A stretch of DNA of 64,000 bases from the human T2T-CHM13v2.0 reference genome, Homo sapiens. The DNA is taken from the NCBI RefSeq assembly GCF_009914755.1, contig NC_060947.1. One strand, given 5' to 3'. The translations under genes and the position numbers were made by a program. The notes beneath the pieces were generated by a model. That model had not been told where the DNA came from. It saw only the letters and a list, made by a program, of their open reading frames with translations, and searched no databases. Positions 1 to 17,609 of this stretch are shown here, one piece after another. Position 1 is the first letter of the stretch. Each line of letters opens with the position of its first letter.

Positions 1-120
1 CATAAATCAGTGGTTCTCTCATCTACAGTTTTGGCACACAAAAAAAGGAAAATGAAAAATTTACGTCAGTTGCTCTCAGACTTCAGTGGACATGATAGTA
101 ACCTGTATACTCAAGCTACC

Positions 121-421
121 TGATATGATTAGCCTTTGTGTCCCCACCCAAATCTCATCTTGAATTGTAATCCCCATACTCCCCACATGTCTAGAGACAG
201 ACCTGGTGGGAGGTGATTGGATCAGGGGGCAGTTTCCCCCATGCTGCTCTCCTGCCACCATGTGAAGAAGGTCCTTGCTTCCCCTTTGCCTTCCGCCATG
301 ACTGTGAATTTCCTGAGGCCACCCTAGCCATGTGGATCTGTGAGTCAATTAAACCTTTTTCTTTACAAATTACCCAGTCTCGGGTAGTATCTTTACAGCA
401 GTGTAAAAACAGACTAATACA
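121..421 (+). mobile_element. THE1/MST-type MaLR solo LTR, internally deleted
   Basis: TGATATG...GACTAATACA termini; 5-bp TSD CTACC at 116-120 and 422-426. Confidence 0.85.
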
Positions 422-1224
422 CTACCTCTTCAGAAATTTTGATTCTCAGATCCCAGGATATTTAACAAACATTCCAGATGATTAAGACACAGATTGCCCA
501 CCACCACATGTTGGACATACTCTGCCCTGTGTAGGCTGTGCTTCTGATATCTTACTAGAAAACCCAACCTGATAAGCAGCTTACAAAATGTGAAGACTGG
601 GATAATGTAGAGAAAGAGTTCTTGTTTCTCTACAATAGGTTTCAAAGTAATGGTAAAACAGTTGTAATAACAGAGGTTATGGTATGGCAAGTACCAAATC
701 TATTTTTTAAAGAAAAATACAAAGAATAAGAAGAAATTTCAACTGATAAGATAAAGCCATCTGAGTACCATACAGCAATTGAGTGTCCTTATATGTCTAA
801 AATAGCAATGGCATGCCAAATACAGAGAAAATGTGTCAGCATCATCAATAACTACAAATTTCAGTTCAAAATATAACCATGGTATCAGGGAGGCCAGGAT
901 ATTCATATATAATTAGGGGAAAGATATGCATTTCCCTACTTTATCAGAAATTTCTTAAAGAAAGATTAATAACATCCTTGCCTAAAGCATTGTTTCTTAA
1001 AGAAAAAAATCTTTCGGCAACCTAAATCAGAATCACTTGGATTGCTTGTTTAAAATGCAGATTATCATCTTAGTTCTGATGAATCAGAATCTCTGAAGGA
1101 AGAGGTAAAAAAAAAAAAAACACATCTCAGATTCTGGGTAATTTGAAAAAAAAAAGATAAAAAAAGAAAAAAGATAAAATAAATATAAAAATATAAGACA
1201 TGCATACACACACAAACATACTGA

Positions 1225-1530
1225 AATATGAAATTCAGAGGCTTTTAGTATATTCACAAATTGTACAACTATAACCATAATTAATTATAGAACATTTTCA
1301 TCATGCAGAAAGAAAGCCCAAACCCTTCAGCAGTGAGTCCCCATTTCCCCTATTCCCCACCAGCCTGGGCAACCACTAATCGACTTTCTTTCTCTGTAGA
1401 TTGGCCTATTATGGAAATTTCATATAAATGCACTCAAACAACATTTGATCTCCTATCACTGCCTTCTTCCATTTAGTATAATGTTTTCAAGGTTCATTCA
1501 TGTTGTTATGCATCAGTACTTCATGCCATT
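1225..1530 (-). mobile_element. Old L1M 3' end fragment
   Basis: Typical antisense L1M 3'UTR text (ggcaaccactaatc...tcaaggttcattcatgttgt). Confidence 0.7.
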
Positions 1531-1874
1531 TTATTGCAAAAACAATATGACTTGAAAAAATTTACAAAATGTATCACATATGAAAGAAGAAATGAAGAGA
1601 CAACTAGATGCTTATTTCCAAAATCAAGCAAAATTAAGGATGTAATTTCATTTGTAGACAAATCCCGATAATTGAACTCTTGTTTATTGACAGCAAGTAT
1701 AACCAAAGGGAGTTTCTATAAAGACCCAAGATGCTTACAGTGCACATAGTATGTAGTAAAAATGATGACAATACCAGCAATGCTAGAAGTAACTCCATGA
1801 ATAGGAATAAAAGGTAAAAATTATGCCTTGAAAAGATGCCATGGTAAGGCGGACGACTTTTTGGAGTTGTGCTG

Positions 1875-2066
1875 TAAAGTAACCATATGCACACTTGGCC
1901 TAATTTAATCTGAATTTATATTAAATAAAATTTAAAATATATTTCCTCAGTTGCACTAGCTATCTTTCAAATCCTCAGTGACCACATGTAACTAGCATCT
2001 ACCACATTGGATAACTCAGACAGAGAACATTTCCATCATAATAGAAAGTTGTATTGGACAGTGCTC
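1875..2066. mobile_element. MER3-like hAT MITE
   Basis: tcagttgcactagc...tagaaagttgtattggacagtgct resembles MER3. Confidence 0.6.
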
Positions 2067-2134
2067 CTCTGGGGATAGATAAAATTGCCATACTGTAACT
2101 CATTTATTCACTCTAAAAATATTTATTAAAAGTA

Positions 2135-2537
2135 TACCATCCAATAGTATGTTGGATAAAGAAACTGTAGTACATATACACCATGGAATACTATGCAGCC
2201 ATAAAAAGAACAAAATCATGTCCTTTGCAGCAACATGGATGCAGCTGGAGGCCATAATTTTAAGCGAACTAATGCGGGAACAGAAAACCAAACACCACAT
2301 GTTCTCATTTATAAGTGGAAGCAAAACATTGAGCACACCTGGACATAAACATGGGCCCAATAGACACTGAAGACTATTAGACGGGGGAAGAAAGAGGAGG
2401 GCGTGGGTTGAAAAACTAGCTACAGATACTATGCTCACTACCTGGGTGTAACATATGCATGTAACAAACCTGCCCACGCACCCCCTGTATCTAAAATAAA
2501 ACTGGAAATTTAAATAAATAACAAAATAAAATAAAAA
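2135..2537 (+). mobile_element. Older L1PA/L1PB 3' end
   Basis: catggaatactatgcagccataaaaaagaac...gtaacaaacctgc followed by an A-rich tail. Confidence 0.8.
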
Positions 2538-2739
2538 GTCTACTTTGTGCATGGCACTGATCTACATACTAGGCATACCACAAAACACAAAACAGACAAA
2601 ATTCATACCCCTATGGAGCTTAAGTACTAACGATGGCAAAGAAAGGATAAACAAATAATTAAAATATATGACAAAATACATTAAGTATTGGTAAAATGAA
2701 ATATGAGGGATCAAGAGAGATAAAGAGGTGCTATTTTCT

Positions 2740-2904
2740 TTTCTTTTTTTTCTTTTTTTTCTTTGAGACGGAGTCTCGCTCTGTTGCCCAGGCTGGAGTG
2801 CAGCGGCACAATCTGGGCTCACTGCAAGCTCCACCTCCCGGGTTCACGCCATTCTCCTGCCTCAGCCTCCCAAGTAGCTGGGACTGGGACTACAGGTGCC
2901 TGCC
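2740..2904 (-). mobile_element. 5'-truncated AluY-like (right arm only)
   Basis: Alu right-arm sequence; 18-bp TSD AAAGAGGTGCTATTTTCT at 2722-2739 and 2905-2922. Confidence 0.9.
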
Positions 2905-3289
2905 AAAGAGGTGCTATTTTCTATCCAGTGATATGGGAAAGTTTCTGCAATAAGGTGAAGTTTATGTTGAGATCTGAAGAAAATGGAGAAAGAGCCTTGC
3001 GCAAAAGCAGTGTAGAAAGAGAAACTAGCTAGTGCAAAGGCCAAAGGCAGGTATAGGCTGGACCTGTTTTCAAACACAGGTAGGTACTGTGGCTGCAGGG
3101 CAGTGACATATACAAGAGTACAAACAAAATATAAGCAACTGTGTATCAAACACAGATGTTGGAGGAAAATCCTGCTGTTGTCTGGAAAGTTTGGTTAGAC
3201 TGTTATTATTACAGTATACTTTTTGTATGTCAAATGTTTCTCCACGTTAGAAGAGATACATGTGCAATGGCAACATGAGGAGCTCCCAG

Positions 3290-6200
3290 CAAAACAACCA
3301 CAACTGGGGAAAATTATTTGTTTGAAAAATAACCATTTAGAGTCTCTAGAATCTGTCCTGATGGTATACGGCAAATGGAGAAACATTTTTAGTAAAATCT
3401 ATGAAATCTCAGTAAGAAGAGCAAGAGTCTGTGGCATCTGAGCCACAACCTGCTCCCTCCCCCTTCCCCTGGATGGCTTAGCAGGATAAAGTTTTGCTTA
3501 TGGCTGGGGCAGCCAAAAACCAAGGGCATGCACTTTTCCCTCTAGCAGGTGATTGGAATTTTTCATCCTACCCTCAGCTCTAGGTTACAAAAGCTCTATG
3601 GAGGCAATCATGTTATAGAGGTCTGGAGCTCCTTTCCTCAATCAAGTGACCAGTCACAGGACGGAAGCTCTACCCTAGGAAAAGTAATCTGAGAATACTA
3701 GGCCCCAATCAGCCCTGCTCCAGCTAATTCACAAGGCAGAGGTTCCATGCAGGGAGGGGGAAGCCAAGAAGACCACGGGTTACTGTTTTTACCCAATGTC
3801 CTCTTCCTAGAGCATGGATGCCATTCTGAGAGAAGGATGACACTGTCCCCACCCCTACCTCCCAAAGCTTTAGTGCATATGTTCTGCCCACGGGGAGAGG
3901 CAGGCTATTAAAAAACAGGTCCAAGGCTCTCTAGAAGGGAACTGATTTTTATTTAAAACAGAGTGTAAGGAAGTTTGAGCCTAAGGGAGTCCCTGAAAAC
4001 AGTGTAGATTTTTGTGGTAAGCAATTATGAGGAGGTTAGTAGTTTAATGAGCTCTTTAAATCATAGGCCAGCCAGTTTACAAGTGAGAAACAAACACATA
4101 GCTGAGAAAAGCCCACCTATGGCTGGAGCAAGCATGAAACACTGGCCTCAAAGACTATTCCTGCAAAGGGGTCCAAAAATAAATGTATCACTGTGGAGCA
4201 GATTATGTCCCAGGAAACTGTCAAAGTCAATGTAGCAATCGGTCAACAATTACTCAGGGATAACAGCTGGGTATGATACCAAGAAATGAAGAACATTAGA
4301 AATAGTAAATGAGAAGTTTAATCAACAAGTTTTTAAAATTATATACTTGCTCTCCATTCCTCTCTCAGGTTCAGTAAAAGACAAAAAAACTATCAAAAGT
4401 AATCATTGTAATAATGTATTGTTGGAGTTACATAACGTATTTAGACGTCATATGTGTAATAACAGCACCAAAAAAGGGAGAAGAAATAGCTACAGCTCAG
4501 GAAAATTTAACATCTGAAAGAAATTCTGGTAAGTTCTCACATAAATTGTTAAGTCCTAGAGCAACAATTAAGAAAACGAGTAAAATAAGAAAATACCATT
4601 AAAGGATTAAAATGTTACAACAAAAAATTTCCATTTAATACAAACGAAACCAGTGAGAGGAACAGAGGAACAGAAAAGATTATGCATATAGAAAACAAAG
4701 AGACAGACATAAGTGCACCCATGCCAATAATGACATTAACTATTAATTGATTATACAAATTAATCAAAAGGCACATATTTTCAGACTGGAAAATTAAAAA
4801 AAAAAACAAGATCCAGTTGTATGCTTTCTATAGCAAACACATGTTAGATTTAAACATATAATTATGTTAAATGTAAAAGGGAGACATATATTATACAAAT
4901 AGCAAGCATAAGAAAGCTGGAGTGGCAATGCCAATATAGAAAAAAATGGACTTCAAACCAAAAAATATTAGTAGAAACAAAGAGGAATATTTAATAATAA
5001 TAATAAGGTCAATCCATCCAGAAGACATATAAAGTATAAACACACATACAACTAACAACAGAGTACCAAAGTACATTAAAGCAAAACTGACAGAATTGAA
5101 GGGAAAAATAAATAATTCCACAATAATAGTTGCACACTTCAATACCCCACTTTAAATGATGAATAGAACAACTAGGCAGAAGATGAATAGGAAATAGAAG
5201 ACATTAATAGGCCTATAAACTAAGTATACATAACAGATTATCTATAGAACATGCCATTCAAAAAAAGCAGAACACACATTCTCCTCAAATACACATTGAA
5301 CATATTCCAGAATATACCATAAGCCAGGTCATAAAACAAGCATTAATAATTTTAAAGGACAGGAATAATACAAAGTATGTTCTCTGAGCACATGGAATAA
5401 ATTAGAAATCAATAACAAAGAAATTTTGAAAATTCACAAATGTGAACATTAAACAATATACTCCTAAAAAACCAACATATCAAATAATATTACAATGAAA
5501 ATTAGAAAATATTTTCAGATGAATAGAGATGAAAACATACCAATACTTCTGTGATACAGGTAAAAGCAGTGTGTTTCAGGGAAATTTAAAGCTGTAAATG
5601 CCTATATTACAAAAGAAGAAATATCTCAAATCAATCACCTAACTTCTTACCTTAAGGCCCTGGGAAAATAGCAAAGTAAACCTAACAGCAAGAAGAATAA
5701 AGGAAATAATAAAATTAATGAAATAGAGAATCAAAAAATAAACATAATTAACGAAATATGAAAAACATATGACAGTTCAACAAAATTGACAAATCTTTGG
5801 CTACAGTGACCGGGAGAAAAAAAAGAGAAGACTCAAATTAGTAAAATCAGGAACGAAAAAGAGAACATTACTACCAACCTTACAGAAGATCAAAAAGATA
5901 TACCAACTGTATGACACTCAATTAGATAACCTAGATAATATGGACAAATTCCTAAAAAGATGCCAGCTAAGAAAATAGACTCAAAAAGATATAGAAAATC
6001 TGAATAGGCCTGCAATGAGTAAAGAGATTAAATTACTAATTAAAAATTATTAATTTGGTGAAGTCTACCAAAAACTTCAAGAATTAATATGAATCCTTCA
6101 CAAACTTCCAACAATTGAAAGGAAAGAACACTTCCCAATTCATTCTATGAAGCCGATATTACCCTAATACCAAAACCAGAATACGACATGAGCAGGTCAT

Positions 6201-7150
6201 TCAAAATGGAGGAAAAATGAATGGATAATAAATGTATTTAAAAATATTCCACTTCATTACTTCATTAATAATTAGAACCTTAATTAGAACCTCAATTAGA
6301 TACCATGCAAAGTCAAAGGTCAATTAAATACCACATAATATCCACCAGAGGAGCAAATATTAAAAAACAGAAAATAAAAAAATGATAAAGATTTAGTACA
6401 AAGGAACAATCTTTACACTGATGGTAAAAGTATACTTTTGGTCAATTACTTTGGAAAATTAGTATTGTTTATAAAAATTGAATATGTATATGCCCTAGGT
6501 CTCTGCAATTTCACTACTTTATATACCTACCTAGAGACACTTGTCGGGATATGTGAAAAAAGAAGTATGGCAGCATTACTTATAAAAGTCAAAACACCAA
6601 AAACCTGAAAGCAGCAATAAACGTCCATAAACAAGAAAATTTATAAAGTAATTGGGGAATATTCATATAACGGAATACTATATGGCAGCACAAATTTATT
6701 AAATAGAGCTTTGCACAGCAACATGAATGAATCTCTAGGTGATAATGTTGAGTAAAAAAAGAAAGTAGTGGGAATACTACACTGTAACATCACTTATATA
6801 ATGTTCAACAACAGGCCAGTGTGTTTGGGAGTGTGCATGTGTATGTGTGTACTCAGCTGAACCATATAAAATTCCTATAATTATAGACCAAAAATGGTTG
6901 AGTAGTGGCCATTTCACTTAGCACAAACTAAAACATATAGTAAACCTATAAAAAGAAAAACAAGTAAAGGAATGTTAAATACTAAATTCCAGATACTGGT
7001 TATCTGTATCAGAACAGGAAAGCAATATGATCTGGGAGGGTTATGTGAAGGGGTATGCAGGAGGCTTTCAAGCTATTGAAAATGTTCTGTTTTTTATGCT
7101 GAGTTCTTATAGACTCATTATATTATTGATTATACCTTATATATGTTATT
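3290..7150 (+). mobile_element. Degraded L1M patchwork (5' region, ORF2 endonuclease-like part, 3' end)
   Basis: A-rich plus strand with recognisable decayed ORF2 segments (cttcaataccccact, tggacaaattcct, ccctaataccaaaaccaga); no intact ORF. Confidence 0.7.
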
Positions 7151-8084
7151 TAAGATCCTTCATATAAACCAAATTTTATTATAAATTAATAGTAATAAAA
7201 TAATAAAAAAACTAAATGAAGAGATTATTTTTTGAAAGCGTATGACTGAGCAATATATATCCATGTCCTCAAAGGCAAACAGCCTAAGCCACTGGATAGT
7301 ATAAAAAACGTAAGTAACACTGCAGGAACAGAAGAAAGAAGTAGACAACATTAGAGTACATACAGAGTAGGAGGGAAGAATTGTCTCTCTATGGAAATTA
7401 TTCTACTTAAATTGCCAAGAACCTTAAAAATATAGAGGTATATAATTTTAAATTATGCTTTCTAAAATGTAAATTCACATGTCATTATATGGAAACAGTG
7501 GCATTTGAAATTTCAAAGCTGAAAAGGGTTTTAGGAATATGTTTTATATTGTAAATCAGCTAATTATGTTACTTAATCAAGTGAAAAAATAGGCTCATGT
7601 AAGTCATAAACTATTATTTTAGAATACGGACAAGCTGATCACATAATAAAATGTATTTACCAGGCATTTAGCTTGAAGAAACAACTTCTTTTATTATTAA
7701 ATAATAAAACATATTTTTAAGTTAAAGGATATTTTATGTCTCAGTTCAAAAACAAGAAAATATAATAAATCATGTATTATTTAAAACCTGCTAGTACTTT
7801 AGTCTGAATCTTTGCAAAGGAAGACTTTGCCTAAATAATAGGCTTTTGCGAACTCCAACTATTTTTGTTAACAGATAAATGTACTTGAAAAACATGCACC
7901 TCTCTCATAAAAAAGAATAAAAATTAAGTTACAAAGGGCATTTTGATATCTAAAGGTTGTAGTTCCAAACTGAAGAAAAATAAAAATGGTTCTTAAAATG
8001 CACAGTTAGAAATATCTTGCTAATTTAAAGTACTCTACCTTGGATCTTCTATTGTACTAATTTACACAAAAACCACTGAATTTT

Positions 8085-8223
8085 TTTTTGTTGTTTAAAT
8101 TCCACATATAAATGAGACCATGCAGTATTTTTCTTTCTCTTTTGGGCTAATATCATTATGATGTTCATCCATGTTGTCGCAAATGGCACATCTCTTTCTT
8201 TTTTAAGGCTGAATGAAAATCCA

Positions 8224-8262
<39 letters not shown>

Positions 8263-8640
8263 CCACAATTTATCCATTCATTTGTCAACAGACACTGGTT
8301 ATTTCCATATATTGACTAATGTGAATAACAATGCAACAAAAACGGAATGCAGACATGATTATGAGGTGCTGATTTCATTTCCTTTGGGTATATAACCAGA
8401 AGAGGGATTGCTGAGTCATATGGTCATTCTATTTTTAATTTCTTTAGAAATGTTCATACTATTTTCCACAGTGGCTGTACTAATCTACCTTCCTACCAAC
8501 TGTATAGAAGGTTTCCTGTTTCTCCACACTCTCAAAAACACTTGTTATCTTTTGTCTATTTAATAACAGCCATTCAAATAAGTGTGACGTGTATCTCATT
8601 GTGGTTTTGGCTTGCATTTCTTTAATGATTAGTGCTGTTG
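8085..8640 (-). mobile_element. L1MA/MB 3' fragment containing (TG)n at about 8227-8258
   Basis: catccatgttgtcgcaaatggc, gggtatataaccagaag, tatctcattgtggttttg. Confidence 0.8.
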
Positions 8641-8999
8641 GTATAGGTATTGAGAAGAAATGTGGTTATATCCTATAAAGGGTGATGCTGAGGTAAAAAA
8701 AATCACAGGATAAATTATAAAATGAAATTAAAACATAGAATCATAAAGATCATAATGGTGATTATACCAACAACATTTTTTAAAAAACTCCTTCCATTTA
8801 TGGACGGTTTACTGCAGACATTTTCCATATAAAATGTCATCTAATCCTCACAACGGTCATATGAGGTGGGTACTACTGTGATTCCCATTTTATAGATGGA
8901 GATCAGGCTCTACATTAAATAATGTGTCCAAGGTCAAAAAGCTAGATAATCTAGCCAAAAGCACTCATAGTGTAATAGAATTCATTGAACTGCTCATGT

Positions 9000-10618
9000 T
9001 CCCATGAATCACAAATGTTCTTAATGGCATCTACAATGGTGAACCCTTTCCAGGTTTTCAATATACTCTGCCCATATCCATTAGAGGAATCACTGTTTAT
9101 GGCAGCTATGGCCTTACAAAATGTATTTCTTAATAAGACTTAAAGGCAAAATTACTCTTTGATCCATGGGCTACACAGAATGGATGTTGTTTTAGGAGGC
9201 AGGAAAACAACGTTAATCTCCTTATATATCTCCATCAGAGCTCTTGGGTGACTAGGTGCATTGCATATGAGCAGTAATGTTTTGATAGGAATCTTTTTTT
9301 CTGAGTAGCAGAGGTTTCAAGAGTGGGCTTAAAATATTCAGTAAATCGTGCTGTAAACAGATGTGTTTTCATCCAGACATTGCTGTTCCATTTATAGAGC
9401 ACAGGCAGAGTGGCTTTAGCATAATTCCTAAGGGGTCTAGGATTTGCAGAATGGTCAATGAGCACTGGCTTTAACTTTACATCACAAGTTGCATTAGCCA
9501 CTAACAAAAGAGTCAGTCTGCCCTTTGAAGCCAGGCATTGACTTCTCCTCCTCTCTAGCTATGGAAGTCCTACATAGGACTTTCACTAGAAAGCTGTTTC
9601 ATCTACATAGAAAAGTTGTATTTTACTGTAGCCGCCTTTGTCAATGATCTTAGCTACACCTTCTAACTACACCTTCTAGACAACATGCATCTACATTAGC
9701 ACTTGCTGCTTCACTTTGCCCTTTTATGTTATAGAGACAGCTTCTTTCCTTAAACTTCATGAACCAACAACCTATGCTAGCTTCAAATTTTTCTTCTGAG
9801 GCTTCCTCACCATTCTGAAGCTTCAAAGAATTGAAGAGTTAGAGTACTGCTCTTTATTAAACTTTGGTTTAAGGGAATGTTGTGGCTGGTTTGACCTTCT
9901 ATCCAGACCACTCAAACTTTCCCCATGTCAACTATAAGGCTGTTGTTCTTTCTTATCATTTGTGTCTTCACTGGAGTAGCACTTTTAACTTTTTAGCAAA
10001 AAACAGTTCCTACAAGGATTTCTCATTTGCATTCACAACTTGACTATTTTGCACAAGAGACTTAGTTTTTGGCCTATCTCAGCTTTCGACATGCCTTCCT
10101 CATTAAGCTTAATCATTTTTAGCATTTCATTTAAAGTGAGAGATGTGTGACTCACTTGGACCCTAAGAGATGATGGTAGAGTTATTCGTTGCCATAACTG
10201 CAATATTGCTGTATCTCAGGGAACAGGGAGGCCCAAGGAGAGGCACAGAGATAAGGAACTACTGATTGGCAGAGCACAGCACAACATTTACATATTAAGT
10301 TTACCATCTTATATAGCGTGGTTTGTGGCACCCTAAAGCAATTACAATAGTAACATCAAAGATCAATGATCACAGATCACCATAACAGATATAATAAAAA
10401 TTGTAAAGTTTGAAATATTCCAAGATTTACAAAAATGTGACATAGAGATAAGAAGTGGGCACATGCTGTTGAAAAAATGGCACCAAGAAACTTGCTCAGT
10501 ACATCGCCACAGTGCTTCAATTTATATAAATAATTGTTTAAAAACACAATATCTGCAAAATGCCATGAAATGAGGTATGCCAGAATAAAGCTAAGTGTAC
10601 TAAAGTGAAGTATGCCTA
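9000..10618 (-). mobile_element. Tigger1 (pogo-like) DNA transposon, one end missing, decayed transposase
   Basis: ORF 9235..9507 ([31 protein letters not shown]...EYFKPT) resembles the Tigger1 DDE domain; terminal gtatgcct at about 10610-10618. Confidence 0.88.
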
Positions 10619-11036
10619 TATAGAGTTAGTTATGAAGATGGTGTAAACCAGGCATAAGGAAAGACATATAAATCAGTATGATAAAATTCAAAAACTACAT
10701 TTATAAGTTCATTGAATTCTAGCAAAGGTGCCAAAGCAATTCACTGGAGAAGGGAAGCCTACTCGAGGAATTGTGTTTTATATAATCACATGAACAACTG
10801 CAAAAAGATGCATTTAGATCCACAATGCATGCCATATACACACATTAACTCAAAATGCATCAAACACCTACATGAAGGGGTTAGAAGATTTAAATTTTTA
10901 CAAGAAAACATATTGGTAAAAATCTTTCAGATGTTGGGTTAGGCAAAGATTCATTAGATATGAAACCAAGGGTGTAGTGAATACTAGAAAGAAATAATAA
11001 ATTATGTCTTGTCAAAATTCAAAACTTTCACACCTA

Positions 11037-11385
<349 letters not shown>

Positions 11386-12294
11386 CTAATCTAAAAGAAC
11401 AAAACTGGAAGAATCATATACCTGACTTCAAATTATACTACACAGCTATAGTAACCAAAATAGCAAGGTGCTGGTGTAAAAACGGACACACAGGCCAGTG
11501 GAACAGAATTGAGAACCTGGAAACAAATCCATACATCTACAGTGAACTCATTATTGATAAAGGTTTCAAGAACATACATTGGGGAAAGGACAGTCTCTCC
11601 AACAAATGGTGCTAGGAAAACTGGATATCCATATGCAGAAGAATGAAACTAGAACCCTATCTCTTGCCTAAATCAAATTAAAATGTATTACAGACTTAAA
11701 TCTAAGACCTCAAACTATAAAACTACTAAAAGAAAACATTGGGGACATTCTCCAGGACACTGGACTGGGCAAATATTTCTTGAGTAACATTCCACAAGCA
11801 CAGGCAACCAAAGCAAAAATGGACAAATGGGATCACATAAAGTTAAAAAGCTTCTGCACAGCAAAGGAAACAATCAACAAAGCAAAGAGACAACCTACAG
11901 AATGGGAGAAAATATCTGCAAACTATGCATTTGACAAGGGATTAATAGTCAGGGTATATAAGGAGCTCAAACTACTGTGTAGAAAAAAAGTCTAATAATG
12001 AACAGACATTTCTCAAAAGAAGACAAATGGGTATATGAAAAGGCGCTTAATGTCACTGATCATCATATAAACGCAAATCAAAACTACAAGGAGATATCAT
12101 CTTATCTCATTAAAATGGCTTTTATGTAAAAGACAGGAAGTAACAAATGCTGGCAAGGATGTGGAGAAAAAGGAAACCTTTGTACACTCTTGGTAGGAAT
12201 GTAAATTAGTACAACCACCATAGATAACAACTTGGAGGTTCCACAAAAAATCTCAAAATTGAGTTACCATATAATCCAGCAATCAAATTGTTGG

Positions 12295-12535
12295 ATATAT
12301 ATGTGTGTATATATATGTGTGTGTGTGTGTATATGTGTATATATGTATGTACAGGTATATATATGTACATATGTATATCTGTATACATATACACATGTAT
12401 ACATATCTGTATACATGCGCGCATGCATGCATATATATGCATACATATATGCATGTATACATATATATGCATACACATGTATATATGTATATATACACAT
12501 ATGTGTATATGTGTGTGTGTATATATATATATACA
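12295..12535. repeat. Complex (TA/TG/CA)n alternating purine-pyrimidine tract
   Basis: About 240 bp of near-continuous RY alternation; explains six spurious ORFs. Confidence 0.95.
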
Positions 12536-12852
12536 CCCAAAAGAAAGGAAATCTGTATACTGAAGAGATATCTGCCCATCCATGTTTGTTGCAGCACTGT
12601 TCACAATAGCCAAGATCCTGGAAGCAACTTAAGTATCCATCAACAGATGAATGGATAAAGAAAATGTAGTACTTATACACAATGGAGTACGATTCAGAAT
12701 GAGATTCTGTCATTAGCTGCAACCTGGATGGAACTGGAGATCATTACGTTAAGGAAAATAAGCCAGGCACAAAAAGACAAACATCATATGTTCTCAAGTT
12801 ATTTATCAGATCTAAAACTCAAAACAACTGAAATCATGGACATAAAGAATAG

Positions 12853-15746
<2,894 letters not shown>

Positions 15747-16235
15747 AAAGAATTGAAGGATGGTTACAAGAGTCTGGGAAGAAGCAGGGGAGTGGAGATG
15801 GTTAATAGGTACAAAAATATGGTTAGAAAGAATGAACAGACTTAGTATTTGCTAGCACAACAGGGTGATTATAGTTAGTAATAATCTAATTATACATTTT
15901 AAAATAACTAAAAAATATAACTGGACTGTTTATAACACAAAGGATAAATGCTTGAGGTGATGGATACCCTATTTCCCATGATGTGATTATTATGCATTGC
16001 ATGCCTGTATGAAAAGATCTCATGTAACTCATAAATATATATACCTACTATGTACACACAAAAATTAATAATTTTAAAAAAAATTTAAAAAAATGAAAAC
16101 ATATATATTGATTTTTAAAAAAAGAAAGAAAGAGAAAATGAAAAGGTCAGTTACAGACTGTGAGACAATATTTGGAAAACACTTATCTGATAAAGAACTT
16201 CAAACCAGAATTTAGAAAGAATCTTTAGAAGTCTA

Positions 16236-16560
<325 letters not shown>

Positions 16561-16564
16561 CAGA

Positions 16565-17590
16565 AAATAAACAGTCCAATCAAAAAGTGGACAAAAGATA
16601 TGAACAGACATTTCATAAAAGAAGATATATATATCTGGCTAATGAGTACATTAAAAATGTCCAAGACCATTAGTCATAAAGGAAATGCAAATTATAACCA
16701 CAACACATTATCATTTCAGACCCTCGTAAATAGCTATAATAAATATAAGACAGAAAATAATGAACGTTGGTGAGGATGTGTAGAAACAGGAACCCTCTCC
16801 TCATGCATTACTGGCGGGAATGTAAAATAGTGCAGTCATTTTGGAACAGTTTTTCAGTTTCTCACAAAGCTAAACATAAATTTAATATACAAGCCAGAAA
16901 TTTTATTCCCAGGTACATACCCAAGAGAAGTAAAAATATATGTTCATACAAAGACTTGAACAAAAGTATTCATGATGATTTATTATTCAAATGAGACAAA
17001 ACTACAAATAACCCAAATGCTCAGCAACTCATGAAGGGAAAGACAAGCTGTAGAATATTATTTGGCAATAAAAAGGAATGAATTCCTGATGCATGGGTAT
17101 ATCATGGATGATTTCTGAAAATTATGCTAAGTGAAAGAAGGTGAACACAAGATACCACATAGGTATGGATCATAATTCCATTTTTATGAAATGTCCAGAA
17201 AAGGCAAATTTGTGGAGATAGAAAGATAGGAAGATTACTTTGGCTTGGAGCTGGGATAAGACAGGATATAACTGTAAATGTAGCTGAGGGATCTTATTGG
17301 GGGCATAAAAATCTTCTATGACAGATTTATCATATGGGTATAACACTCATTAAAGTTGGTAAAAATTACTGAATTGCACACTTCAAATCAGTGATTTTAT
17401 AATAGGTAAAAAAAAATTACCCAAAGAAAGCTTTTTAGAAACCCAAATATACATATACACCTTGATCCAGCAATCTCAATCCTAGATATATCTGCAAAAG
17501 AATTGAATACATATGTTCACCTAAAGACAGGTACAAGAATGCTCATAGCAGTTATATTTGCAGTAACCCCAAGTGGAAACAACACTCATA
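16565..17590 (+). mobile_element. Old L1M 3' fragments; similar sequence continues at about 18480-18945
   Basis: gttggtgaggatgtgtagaaac, atgctaagtgaaagaag motifs. Confidence 0.7.
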
Positions 17591-17609
17591 GTGAATTCTT
17601 ACAATTTTA

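Noticed and set aside
9235-9507. Domesticated TIGD-like transposase gene
   Set aside because: Short and frameshifted within a decayed, one-ended Tigger1.
12206-12722. Six overlapping 90-150 aa ORFs rich in Y/I/H/C/V/M
   Set aside because: They are translations of a stop-poor dinucleotide microsatellite.
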